Shown here: piece after piece, positions 11,919-27,068 of the stretch
Layout: each line of letters starts with the position of its first letter
Numbering within the stretch: the stretch's first letter is position 1
Assembly: GCA_046563655.1 (NCBI GenBank)
Contig: CM102286.1
Coordinates: forward strand, 1,674,001-1,738,000
DNA: 64,000 bases
From: Yuukianura sp. NJ FZ-2021
Taxonomy: Eukaryota
Direction: 5' to 3'
The notes under the pieces: generated by a model
The model's input: only the letters and a program-made list of their open reading frames with translations
The model's database searches: none
What the model was told of the DNA's origin: nothing
Program-made: the position numbers and the translations under genes

Positions 11919-13695
11919 ATGGACTTTGAGAAGTATTCGAAGTGCGATGTGGTGCTGGACGAAGGATTTTCAAAAAACCCGCACTGTCAACACGGTAAGT
12001 TTTTAAATCTATTAATTAAAAAAGAAATCGTTTCCTTATACTAATTTGTGGTTTTATGTAAATTTTAGGCCCATCGGTGTTGTTTTCCAGACAGGGTCAA
12101 AAATTTTATGCCTGTTCCGCCTACCGTAGCCGACATTTGTGTCCGTTCTACCAAGAATTTGATAAGGTCAATCCAAATAAGACTAAGACGATAGAGAAAA
12201 CTCGAAAACGAAAAGCTGCTGAAAACATTGAGGTAAGGTATCAGCGTTCGGTTTCTGTAAATGGTGTTAAGAAATGTAGGTGTTGAACAAAATATTGCAG
12301 GTAAGCCCGGAGGACAATCAAGGTCAAGCGCAGTTCTTCTTCAGCGACTCCACACTTGGATTTTTACTGGATTTCTTGAAAGCCGAAAACGTTAGTAACG
12401 TGTTATGCATCGGAACGCCCACGATTCACGAAAAGTTTCCCGGATCTTCATATCTGCTTGACATTGATCCGAAATTCGTAAGCAATCTAATAGTTTCGTA
12501 CATCTTTGATATTGTCCTAAGTCCGTAACTGGTTTTGGAAGCCTAATCGGCGTAGAAAGTTAGTGCCTTGGCCCATGTCACTTCGGAGGAGGAATGTCAT
12601 GGGTCCAGATTTGGTCCCAGATAGTGAGGCGATCGCTGGAATGCTATTTGTCATGGTGAGGAATTTGAATTTTTGGCGGCAAAAAGTCAACTTTGTAGGG
12701 AAGAGGAAGGGAAAGGGAAGACTTGTTTGTTTGCAGCGATACGGTTCTGACTAGTGTTATGAATCTGGGATGAAGAGTACTTTGAGGTGGTGATGGTAAG
12801 CACTGGTGGGGAAGCAACTGGAATTTGGAATGTGTCAGCAATAGATGATTGCTTAACCTTGTGGTTGAGTTAATGCGTGTTCTGTTTTCTTTTTTCCTAG
12901 GAAGATTCCGTGCAGGATTTCTCCCGCTACAACATGTGCAACCATCATTTCTTCACTAACCATTCGCAGTATTTGGATCATCTCAAAGCATCAGCAAATC
13001 TTATTGTAGTTTGTGATCCGCCATTTGGAGCTCGACTGGAACTTCTTTTTAACACATTCAAGCTAATTGAAGACGACTGGAGATCATGTTGGAGTAACGA
13101 TTTAGGCAAAGTCAATTGTAAGTTTACATCAAATCTCTGTGAATCTGCTTCTGCTTAATCAGCACCCAAAAGTTGCACAAACACTAACACTACTACGTTT
13201 TTAGTTATTTTTGTGAATCCTTACTTCGCCGAAGGGAAAATTTTGAAACTGAATCGCAATTTCAAGATGTCCGACTTCAGGGTGGAGTACGCAAGTCACA
13301 AAAAATTCAAGAAAGGTACGATTTTGCTCTTACTCCGAAATTCGTAAACGGTACACCCAATTTTTAATAAATTATTTTATGTTTCAGGTGAAAAGTCACC
13401 GATCAGACTATTCACGACGCTTAGTTTATCCAAGTTCATTTTACCTTCACCGGATTACAAGTTTTGTTCCATATGTCAAAAGTACGTTTTTTCAAATAGC
13501 AAGCACTGTCGGTTCTGCGAATCATGTGACTCACGTGACGGAAAAAACTACTACCATTGTAAAAAGTGCCAAAAGTGTTTCAAGGAGACATGGACACATT
13601 GCAATTCCTGTTCCACTTGTCACTTGGCTTTGGCAAATAACGGAAGTTGTAAAAGGACCAACAGTTTGACAATTCCTCAAAAGAGGAAAAAATAA
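11919..13695 (+). CDS. ZCCHC4: rRNA N6-adenosine methyltransferase ZCCHC4
   Basis: N-terminal GRF-type zinc region (NPHCQHGP...FYACSAYR..CPF), VLCIGTPTIHE, LLDID, RYNMCNHHFF, catalytic DPPF and C-terminal Cys/His-rich repeats. Confidence 0.93.
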
Positions 13696-13982
13696 AGTCA
13701 TGTCCGAGGACATTCCCAAGTTTCCTACTAAAATTGCGTCGTACTCTCCATTCGTAGAATTTCAGTCATTAATCTTTCAAGTTTCCTTGAAGGAAAGTTT
13801 AGGCAACAAGGACCAACCTAACCACAATTTCGGTATACCAAACAAGGGCCTTTCTGAATATGGTAACAATTTCTTCATTCTCTGTCATTACTATCACAAT
13901 AAACTTGTAATCTAATTTAGCACAACCATAGTTACATTAACTTATAACGTCAATTAACTCATGTCAATTACTTACTTTAACA

Positions 13983-14601
13983 ATGAGTTTTCAATTAATA
14001 CTGGTTTTTCTTGGACTTTTTTGTGTCAGTGGAACCCTGTGTGCAGTCATTCCGTTTCACCTTTGTCAAATTCACTGTGAAAACTGTACTCAGCAGGGCA
14101 TGGAGATCGATTTGAAATGTGGGTCAGACGGGGTCACGTACTTGAACGACTGTGAACTCAACTGCGCCAAGGAACACTGCGACGTTTGTAAGTAAAGTTA
14201 ATTGAATCGATTAGTTTTAAGATTAAAATTTGTGTTATTCTATTTTGAATTATCACAGCCCTGAAGTTAGAACATGGTGGCTTGTGCTCCGAACTGGAAT
14301 TGAAACCAGCAACAGCAAGTACTAACACAACAGCCAATGCGACTTTAACGGAAGATACTGCTGCAATTACTATCAATGCCTGTGACCCCTACGACAATTG
14401 TGACTGCAACTACGATCTTCTGTTGACCTGCGGCACAGACAGACAGACGTATCCGAATGAATGTGTTCTCAACTGTGCCAAGAAATGTGACAAACGTAAG
14501 TTGAACGTTATGTTAAGTTGGTCTTGATTAGTGGAAGGATTGATTTACAACTTTAATTATTTGCAGACTTGGACGTTTTTCATTACGGAGCTTGTTACTA
14601 G
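13983..14601 (+). CDS. Secreted two-domain Kazal-type protease inhibitor, 3 exons
   Basis: Signal peptide; CGSDGVTYLNDCELNC and CGTDRQTYPNECVLNC; domains end HGGLC and HYGAC. Confidence 0.9.
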
Positions 14602-14755
14602 AAGGTCAAGGTCAAACGATTCAGTAATGGCGAAGATTTTAGTCACAAGGAAAAAGATGGAAGACACAACTTTAGAAATAAACTTCATTCATTTTCAGTC
14701 TCTTTTGAAAATGGCGCGTATGGCTGGTTACGTTCGTACTCGCTGAACCGCTGAA

Positions 14756-15299
14756 TCAGTCGCGGTGATAGTATCGTCTCAGGTTACGCAGGATCTCTTG
14801 TCGACGTTTCCGTTTCGTTTCCTTTTGTAACTTTCGGAGTCGGATCTTGTCCTTGTTCAGTTGGTTGATTTGTTTCTGACAAATCAGAGGATTAACCTGT
14901 AGATTAATCTTGGAGACTAGTTAGTTAATTGAAAGTCGCTTACAGCGATGTTGTCGTATTCCGTATTCACTTCCTTGATGATCCGTTCAGCATTTGCCTC
15001 TTCTTGGACTTCTTCCTCGTCTTCTGGCTTGGAATGTTTCTCCAGTTCCTAAGAATTTTTGATTTTTTTTAACGTTGTCCCACTTTGTCAGCAAATCTGC
15101 ATTTTTTCTCAGTATTTTAAATTTTCGAGGATACCCTGACGATTGAGAGTGCCATTTTCCTGGCTTGAGAATGACCTCGACCTCGCAAAGGCGTCACCGC
15201 CTGACGTGCTGGAATGCGGTCGTCAACCAACGACAACATCCGAACTTCAGTGGAATAGAGGACCACCATCCAAGCGATGACCAATGTTATTCTAATCAT
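14756..15299 (-). CDS. Small putatively secreted protein with acidic middle and basic C-terminus, 3 exons
   Basis: Hydrophobic N-terminus MIRITLVIAWMVVLYS; spliced exons ELEKHSKPEDEEEVQEEANAERIIKEVNTEYDNIA and KQINQLNKDKIRLRKLQKETKRKRRQEILRNLRRYYHRD*. Confidence 0.6.
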
Positions 15300-15717
15300 T
15301 TTTCAGATTGATCAAACATTAATTTTTCCGAAAAGAAAAAAATTCAAGTCAGAAAAATAATCGCTGATGCTGACAAATTCAAGGACGAAAGTTACCCTAT
15401 AATTTTTTCATGCAACAAATAACGTAACATCCACTTGGTCGTATCCCATAGCAACGCGCTAAATTCTCCGTAATTTTTTCAAAAGAAAAGTTTTACTATT
15501 GTGCTCACTTTTTTGGGGCTACGTGCAACGTTCCTCCCGCTTATCTGCACGGGCGGCAGAAAGAGATATTCAAATCAGAGGAAGTCAAAAAGTGAAAAAG
15601 AAGAAGTCAAAGTGTGAATATAAGGAAGACACGCATAGATTTTGTTCAGAAATTTAGTTTTTGTTTGCGATTTTGATTAATCTCAAACGTTTTTTTTTCT
15701 GGAGAGAAAAGAAAGAA

Positions 15718-17368
15718 ATGGAGTATCGTCGACGAGTACCATTCAGGTTTTCGAATGCTCACGGGGGTGGAGATACGGATCCAGGCAAATTATCGACCTT
15801 GCAAATACTTCGGAATCCACTTCTCTTCCAGGCAAGTGCCGGACTACTCCAGAAATTACGTACAAAGGAAATGACGGCCGAAGAAGTAATGGGTAGAATG
15901 GGCTTAGAGGATTCCCAGCTAGAACCTGTCGACCCACAAGAATTCAATCAGAAGAATGAATCCAAGGAATCTCCGCGTAAAGTCAAGAAAGGAAAGGCCA
16001 AGGAAGGGAAGGTCAAGGAAGGAAAGGTCAAGGAAGCGAAGGTCAAGGAAGCGAAGGTCAAGGAAGCGAAGGTCAAGGAAGCGAAAGTCAAGGAAGCGGA
16101 GGTCAAAGAAGCGGAGGTTAAAGAAGCGAAGGTCAAGGAGCAAGGAGAAACTCTGATTCGAGAGTTTTATGATCGAGTAAATGCTACCAGTAAACCAGAG
16201 GGTTTGTCACATATCTCCATCTTTATGATTTCTGACCATTAAGAAGCAACATGTCTTGACAACAGAAAACATTTTTTTAAAAGGTTCGGCAATAAGTCGA
16301 TCTTCTAAAAAATCCTGAAAAAACAAACAAAGTCTTGAACCAATTTTGTTCAGGAGTGAAAAAAAAAACCAGTTTCACTTCACTTTTGAATTTTCTGAAC
16401 GATTTTATTCTTCTGGACCTTTTTTAAATTCAAATTGCAATAACTTGGGTGAATTCATTTTCGAAAGTTTGGTTAAAAATATTCAGAACGCGAGTTATTG
16501 CCTAACCTGTTAAAGAAAACGTATTTCTTTGTTTATCAACCTTGATGAAAAGTATAATATGTATTTGCTTTGTTTTGAATTGTTAGAAGACAACCCCAGT
16601 GATACTGATACTCGGAAGACATCCGCTTCTAAATGCTTTCGAAAAGCATTTACTGGATATGAAAAGAAATGCGAAGCTTATAAACGGCATTGCCGGTGAG
16701 CTGATTGGTTGGTTATGATATACGTAGCTTTCAAATGTTTCCAATATTAAATAATATATAATAAATTACTTTTTCGCTTAGGAGGATTCGTAAATTGACT
16801 TTGGAGAGACTCGAGGTTCATTACAAAGCAATCCGACCGATTTTGCGAGACATTTTTGAAGGGAAGGTCCAGAATATGCGGACGAATGTAAGTTTTTGCT
16901 ACTTTGAAGTTGAAACTTGAAAAACTGACACGACTAATCTTCTTTTACTTAAAAATTCCAACATTTTGTTATGAGTTCTCAACTTTTCCTCTGGTTCAAT
17001 TTCAGTACTACCTTCAAGGACCTGTTGGACTCAAGATTCTGCAAGACATGAGTGTGTCCATTCCCTTCGAACATAATCAAACGGTTATCATCATCAATAA
17101 AATGCTGGAGTACTTTGTTCCTGATGTGCTGGATAGACCAAATGTAAGTCCTTTTCGTGTCAGCAGTGGCAAGTATATTAGTTCTTAATTGTAATTTTAC
17201 TCACTTACTAACTAATTTCGATTGTTTTAGTGGAGCAACTACATCAGTTACGTTCTACTTCCAGAAGCTCTTATAAACATCTACGCCCGAGTCAACAAAG
17301 TTTCATTTGGAAAAGCTGAAAACGAAATGCGGTTTCGAGGGTGCTATGAAGATGAGGACGAAGATTAA
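15718..17368 (+). CDS. Uncharacterised protein with (VKEAK)n repeat and a C-terminus reminiscent of MUM1/PWWP3A or RTC4-like domains
   Basis: ORF 15718-16200 plus downstream exons ending WSNYISYVLLPEALINIYARVNKVSFGKAENEM...*; the internal exon structure is uncertain. Confidence 0.55.
15990..16140 (+). repeat. Coding 15-bp tandem repeat (AAGGTCAAGGAAGCG)n, about 10 copies
   Basis: Directly visible; encodes VKEAK/VKEGK/VKEAE. Confidence 0.95.
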
Positions 17369-17666
17369 CCTGCCGCAGACTGAAATGAAGTGGTGATTTA
17401 GTAATAATTGAATAGCTAAGTGATTACTTTTCGTCAATATTTCTTCATTGAATTCTGTTTTTGTGTTTTTTCATTCGCCTCTCGTACAATTTTCTTTTTC
17501 ATTTGATTTTTCTAAGTATTTTTGAGGGGATGAAGGTAAATACTTACTCAATGGCGGCTAATTGACGTGACAAACTTTTTGTACAACAACGGTCAATAAT
17601 ATCTTACTTATTTCTTCAAAACTGAAATTATAACTTAATTATAGTTATAATTATAATAGTTATAAT

Positions 17667-20372
<2,706 letters not shown>

Positions 20373-22009
20373 TTTGCATAACCTTTGACCTCAAACACTT
20401 TTTACACTGCGCACAACTCTAATTTTTGATCACCTAAACTCTCATTTTAAAACGAAACTTGAACGTTTCTGTCAAAAACTTGAGTATTTGTAATCTCGGC
20501 TTTTATATTTTACGAACTGTTGAAAATTAATCTTTCTCTAGGAAAAGCTAAAGTCGACTTAAAGTTTTTGAGGAAATTCTTGCAAAAATTCTACTAATCT
20601 ATCCTGGACCAGTTTTTCTCAATGCGAATTCCAGGTAAGTAAAAAAAACTATTACATAACAGAAGATTAGGCTCAAATAAAGTCAGCTTGGCTTGCAAAA
20701 TTGTGTGCAATTTTGGTGCTCTTATGGAAGGTGTTCAAGATTTTTGGAACAAAAAACTTCCTTTAACTGCTAAACGTTAACCACCTTACTATTTCCTTGA
20801 CTTTGTGAAAACTACTTTTAGGATTAGTAAAAACTGCTAATGCTGATGCTGCCTTATAAGGTGTGAGGTACACAAATCGTCTGAAATTTTTTATTAGCAT
20901 TAAGTCATTAAGTGTAAATCCCAAAAGCTACAGCAAAAGACATAAAAATTTGTATGAATAAATTTACGATTGTTGTGTCCGTCGTGCTTCGGACAATGTC
21001 AAATCAAGCAAAGGCATTTAATTGTGCCAAAGGTCACAAATTTCTGTGGTCCCTTCGATTAGTGTTCAATTAGGTTAGGATTGTCTGTGCACAATTGCAG
21101 CTTCCCCTACTGGTTATGCTAAAGTTGTCCTTGGTCCAATGTCGAACTCTAACAAGGATTTAAAGCAGTTGATCCTGAACTAACTTGATGCAAAAGCAAC
21201 TTCAAGGTCAACAATACCTCGTGAACGGATGCATTTTAGCAATGACTAACTTCATATATGAATAGGAATATATAAAATATAATACAAATATATATAAACA
21301 TAAATATGATATTTGTATGGAACAAGGTTAGAAGTAAAGGTTTTTGCGCCACCATCCAGTTTTCATACTTTTAAAAGAACCGCGATACACTAGTACCGCG
21401 TACCACCATTTTTGAAAACATGAAATGCTAAAATTTGAAAATCATTTCCTTCAGGCACTCAACACCCTAGCCACAACTTTTTCAAAAAATCAAATTTTCG
21501 ATTTGAAACTGCTTGTGCTGTTTTGAAAAAAAAAACGAAGCCAAAAGGAGACAACTTCGTCAAAATTTTGTGTCTTTAAAAAAATGTTGTCTATTTTCGA
21601 AGCTTTTGTGTGTAGCGTTTTCGTTCTATTTTTGTAGGCTTCCTTTGTCTAGTGGGCCCTTAGCTTAGGTTTTAGGCCTTAGCTTTTAGTATGGCCTGAA
21701 GCCTTAACAATGTTTTTGTATTTGAACAGCCTTCGAAGGGACAAAGGGACCCTTGGAACAAGGAAAAATACAAAAAAAATCAAACTCATCGTCAGTATAG
21801 TACAAACAAAGAAACTCCAATTTTGTTTTGCTTTGTTCGGTTCTAGAAACATAGGAGAGAACTTGCACTGGGCTTATCAGTCTCAAACGGAAATCGTCTC
21901 TTACTAATTCTGTTAGTTAAGGATCAGCAGGAGCCGTCTTAATTTACAATTGCTTTCTACTAACAAAGTAATCACTGATTAACTTTACTTTAACTTTGTG
22001 TTGGACAAG

Positions 22010-23337
22010 ATGGCGACCCCTCAAGTTCTGGCAGCAGTCCACAGTGAGGTGGCGGAATACAAGATCAGATTCAAAGTACACAACATTTCCAAACTGAAGA
22101 AGAAGTACCATGGACCGAACCTCAGTACCCTCGGAATGACCTTCACCCCCATGATCAAACCATGCGAAAACAAAGTAGGACGATTCACTACACTCGGATT
22201 CTTCTTCAAATGTAAGTTTTCATGTTAAAGTTGTTTTAATTTAAAGTTCAATCGGTAATCTTTTTACATCTTCGATTAACTTACTAACACCTATTTGTTT
22301 ACATTTTAGGTCACTTTCATCGTCCAGTTAAGGAAGCCCAGAAGCATTGCAAAGTTCTGTTGGAATTTAGACTGATTTCACAAGAAGCAAATGAAAAAGG
22401 AGAGAAAACTAAGGACTTGATCCGAAACAGTAAGAATATTTTTTAGTAAAAGCTACTGTATCTTTTTGTCTGTGTAGCTGTCGCTCTGTCCGTCTGTCTG
22501 GCCGATCTTAACTCTAAATGATGTTATGTTCATTTTGTAGTAACATGTTTTATTTTGTTTTTACAGCAAAGTGTACCTATTCATCGACCGTACCAGACTG
22601 GGGCTACCGTGAATTCATCCAATGGCACGAGATGATCAAAACGATTTGGATGAAAGATGACACCATTTTGCTTGAAGTTTCGTTTACAATTGAGGAATCT
22701 TTTATCCTCCTTGACACTCCGGATGAAGAAGATGATCGGTCTCAGACTACTGCTATCGAAACGGATCATGATAAAAGCGAAGCTGATCGAGTTGAAACCG
22801 GAGTAGCCAAAAAAGCTAATAAGAAAGCGAAGAAAGAAACTCGACGTCAACGCAAAAAAGCTTTGGAAAAGAAAACTTGTATCGAAATTTTGAAGGAAAT
22901 ACGTGACGGTCATAAGAAATTTCTGGAAGATTTTGATAAAAAGCGGAAGGAAAAGGACGAACTGAAGAAGGAAGCGCAAAGCGTTGCTCAAGACAAGACA
23001 GAAACCGCTCCAGCAGGAAAAGCTGACGGTGATTCGGTCAAAACCGAACAAAACGAAATGCCGGGAACTGAAGTTGTCGCGGCTGGAACCGACACAGAAG
23101 ACGAAACGTCCGCACTGGGACTGGAAATTGCTCAAAGGTTTGAAAATAATGCTAATCAAAACCAAATTCTAAAAAAAATGTTATTGAAATTTTGATTTTT
23201 TCAGCAACGACAAGGATTCTGAAGAGGGAAAACTTGAAATTGGATACATCGACGAAGAGTTGCTCTACTTCGCTGATCTCAAGAAGTCTTCTGGTTCCGA
23301 TTCGGATTCTTCTGAGTTCTCAATGCTTGACGACTAA
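22010..23337 (+). CDS. MATH/TRAF-domain protein with charged coiled-coil tail, 4 exons
   Basis: IRFKVHNISKL, LGFFFKC, LEFRLISQ, DWGYREFIQW and DDTILLEV are MATH-domain motifs. Confidence 0.82.
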
Positions 23338-23921
23338 ACTCAAACGAAGTTTCACAAAGTTCAGAGTTTTTGTACTTTTTGAAAAAATTTCAAACTTATT
23401 TATAGAATAAGCGTTTAGTATTCTCGGACTTTGCCAAGTTTTTTAATGTCGGATAATGCCGCTTACACTTTTTTCTAAACTTTATTATCTAAAACTAATT
23501 TTGTCGAAATTAATTCCGAATTTATATATTTACAATGTTAATTCCTTATTTCATTCTTTTTTAGAAAACAAATTGACTGATTTTTCAAATTGGAAAATAA
23601 AACAAAAAATTAATAAAATTCGAGTAAACCATGCATCTTCGTGTTAGCTTTAATTTCGGTTTCTCCTCAACTTAACTTTCAAACAAAGTTTTTAGTGGCG
23701 TTAACATTAGTAAATGCGGTAACATTTAAACACGGAACAACAGATTTTAAAGCTCGAGATTTCTAAAGCTTAATCACAGTCAAAGTGAAGTTAAAGTTCA
23801 GAGTAGCGAACACACAAAAAGATAGAAAATAAAACCGATTTCGGTTTTTGAACCAACAGTTTCGCACTTCCAGTTTCGGACCGAATTCGGTTTTTTTTTT
23901 GAAAAAATACAGAGGTTTTAC

Positions 23922-26501
23922 CTAAGCAAAACTTTCTGTCGGCGGAACCAATTCAAATTCGCTTTCGTTTGCATTCGGATTCTCAGGTTTGATCGGCTCT
24001 GCCTGTCCTAGTGCCGGCTGTTCATAAACTTTATCTAAAAATGACCAATCCGCTGATTTCCCTGATCGGCGCAGATCCAAGTTAACGCAATGAGACAATG
24101 GTAAGTTCCTGGCAGTTTTTGGCCACATTGGTTTGACATAAAAGTAGTAGAAAACAGTAAAGAATGGTAACACTGTAGCACAAAATATTGGGCCAGGAGA
24201 TACTTTCAAAGTGACCAACCCCAGAAATGTCACTTGGGCCAACACGAGAGCTCCGACTAAACAGTTATGTAAATGCGGCCAGTACACTCCAGTTGAGTAC
24301 TTGGATGGATCGTAAACAAATAAAAGTTGCCTTCTATATACAATATCTGATAAGAAAAAATAAAGTAAAGCAAAATATGATAGAAGAGGAGCAATGACAC
24401 TGAAGGAAAAGAGTAACAAAATGGCCAGAAAATAGTCCGCCAATTTCAAAGTTTGAAAAAATTCTCCCGGTCTTTTGGCCGGTTGCAGTCCACACCAAGC
24501 TGAAGCTTGTTCCCGGGGAGTCACGCTTGGTGCAAAGATATTGTACACCAATCCTAATGATATCGGAACAATGCGTAGAAGTTCCAGACTTAACTTCAGG
24601 CCTAATTGAATTATCATGTAGGCCATGAAGGTTGTAGACTGCGTTGGTAGGGAGGTTCCAAGCATGGGGACAATGGACATTGGTTCCTCAATGATGTGCT
24701 TGAGGTTCTCCACAATGTCAAACAGTGTTCCGGCAATGACTGACACAAAAAACGTTTGAAACGTTTGGAAATACACGAGTTTTCTGAAGTGAGAGGCATT
24801 CGCTTGTGTGAGAGATGGATGACCTTCCTTCTTCGACAAAATTCCGAAGATGACTGAAGCCAGAATGGGCATCACGACGAGCGCCATTGGAGCGATTTGT
24901 TTGAGTAGATTTCTGAGGGCTGCGTTTGATTCTAAAATGCTTTCCAGTGGAGGAAAAATTTTTTGAATAGATTCAACCGTTGCGAGAGATGCGACGAACG
25001 CTGTTGGAATTGTCCAGAACAAGATGATTAAAAATGTTGCCAGCCACGAGAGTATGCTCCACGTTCGTCTTTCATGTAGCGAGTAGCCAATGTTTTCCCA
25101 TACAATGTCTTTAGGATCCGGAGCTGGCCCGATGTTCATCAGTGACGGATCTTCTGTCTGCAGCAATTCTACAACGAAAACAAAACGTTTAGTGTTTTAA
25201 GTTTCGGTAATCATGATTGGTGCGTTTTTTCAATTACTTACGCTGTGCCACTTGTGCTGATCGAAGTGTAGTAAAAGACACAAATGCAGATTGTTTCATC
25301 AGAATTTTCATTTTGGGAACCTTGTTAGATGCAACTGTTGATGCTGGTGATTGCATAATTTCCGCAGCATCTCCTTGTCCCTTTTCTTCGCTAGAGTCCG
25401 ATTCAGGCTCCGGTTCCGGTTCCGGAGTTGCATTCGGATTTTTCGTCATCTCTAGAAGTCTTTTGCCAATTTCATCCTCGTGATCCTTCAGCCGCTCAAT
25501 TTCACATGCAACTTGAGAATTCAATTCAACAAGTTTTTCTTGATAGTGTTGTATCGAGTCCACCGGAGCCGGGAGTCCAGTGAGAGACAAAATGGTATGT
25601 GTTGGTCGTTTTCCAGTGGTATGATAAACTGCCAAAGCATGTTCCAGATTACTTCTGACTTCGGCTCTATCTGCCACTTTACTTTCTAACTTGTCACATG
25701 CGAGGGCAATGTGGACAGCTCGAACGGTATCTGGAAATACGTAGTCCATGTACTTGGTAAGTGTTTGCTTTGACCTGTATCTTTTTGGCAAGTAATTGAT
25801 GACAACAGAGTACTGTTGCGGTCCTTCTTTGCCCAGAAACTCGTGCCGACGTGTGACGTAGACCTTAAGAAGAAAAAAACATCTTACAGTGATATGTTAA
25901 ATCGATTATCAATTTTTGAATTTGTGAACTTGACAATCTAAATTACCTTGTATTCCTCTACGAACAAATAGATTGCAAAGAAGCTGATGATGTACATGGC
26001 AATAATAGATGCCCACAATCGATCTTCGCTGCGTGACAGATTGGACATTGTTATCCTCTCCAGCGGATCAATTTCGTGGCGCTGCCCTTCCCGAGGATTC
26101 GTTCCAGTGGCGTATACCGGGAACAGGAAAATTGATAACCCTATGCCACAGAGAGCAATTTTTTGACCCATCCGAAGCAGGCGAAGAAAGCAGTACGTAT
26201 CCAATCCACATTCTTGAAGGATGTCGTCATCTGATACTCGCAGTACTGGAAATAGCCAGCCGAGGATTCCATATTTCTGTTCTGCTAGCGACCATGTTGT
26301 TTCTTCTTTGAACTTTCGAGACACGTAGATTTCCTCCCATCTTTGTCGTATAAGTTCAAAAATAACGAATGCTCCAATTAGAAGTGGAAAATAGAGTGTT
26401 ACTGCTGTGATGATTGTTCCACTCGGATTTATGTCAGCGTCCATCGATGAATTTGAGGCAGTCGTCGTAGTTGGTGGTTCTGTTGTTGTAGGATTTTCCA
26501 T
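23922..26501 (-). CDS. OSCA/CSC1/TMEM63-family mechanosensitive (hyperosmolarity-gated) cation channel, 807 aa, 3 coding exons
   Basis: Exons 26501-25947, 25863-25242 and 25168-23922 total 2424 nt; CGLDTYCFLR, ITMSNL, AFVSF, APDPKDIVWENI, FWTIP, IAPL, YRRQLLFVY and G.YWP motifs; multiple TM segments. Confidence 0.93.
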
Positions 26502-26940
26502 TTTAGGACAGTCGATCTGTTGGTCACCTCCGTGTTCTTATTCTGTCTGACACTTCGATCCGGTGTGACTCTCTCTCACCCTATGGAATTCATCAATCGA
26601 TCACCACGGCGCACGGCAGGGACGGGCTACAACCCACAACCTGTAAACGAACAGACTATTAGTTCTAAAAATACCAACGGCAACATGTGGCACAAGTTAC
26701 CTAACCCTCTTCCGTCATTGCTTTCGACCTTGATTTGACCTTTACAACATAAACAACTTTTCATATCCATCCTGCTAAGCTTTAACCTAAAATCGGTGAA
26801 ACAGATCATGTTTTCCCGAATTTAGATTCATACCTTGTATGAGGCAGAAAAATTACGGTAAACTTACTTTTGCAGTTCCCTTTGAATTATCAACAGTAGG
26901 CAGCTGGTGAATCACACTGATACTGATTAATCCGTATACT

Positions 26941-27068
26941 AAATTGTGACATCACTTTAAACCTCACTTAATTAAGGTTTACTATAAAATCCTTCCAGGA
27001 TGGGAAATTGTGACATCACTTTAAACCTCACTTAATTAAGGTTTACTATAAAATCCTTCCAGGGTGGG
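26941..27068 (+). repeat. Near-perfect 64-bp tandem duplication
   Basis: AAATTGTGACATCACTTTAAACC...CCTTCCAGG(A/G)TGGG occurs twice back to back with one mismatch. Confidence 0.95.

Noticed and set aside
12478..12900. Telomerase RNA hypothesis for the ZCCHC4 intron
   Set aside because: Only fragments (CCTAA, TAACCT) of a TTAGG template are present, with no convincing pseudoknot or terminal ACA box.
15919..16156. Repetitive alternative-frame ORFs (LRFLD, SLTFA, RSRKR)
   Set aside because: Shadows of the coding VKEAK repeat.
21657..21706. Degenerate TTAGG/TTAGC run
   Set aside because: Too short and degenerate to call an interstitial telomeric repeat.
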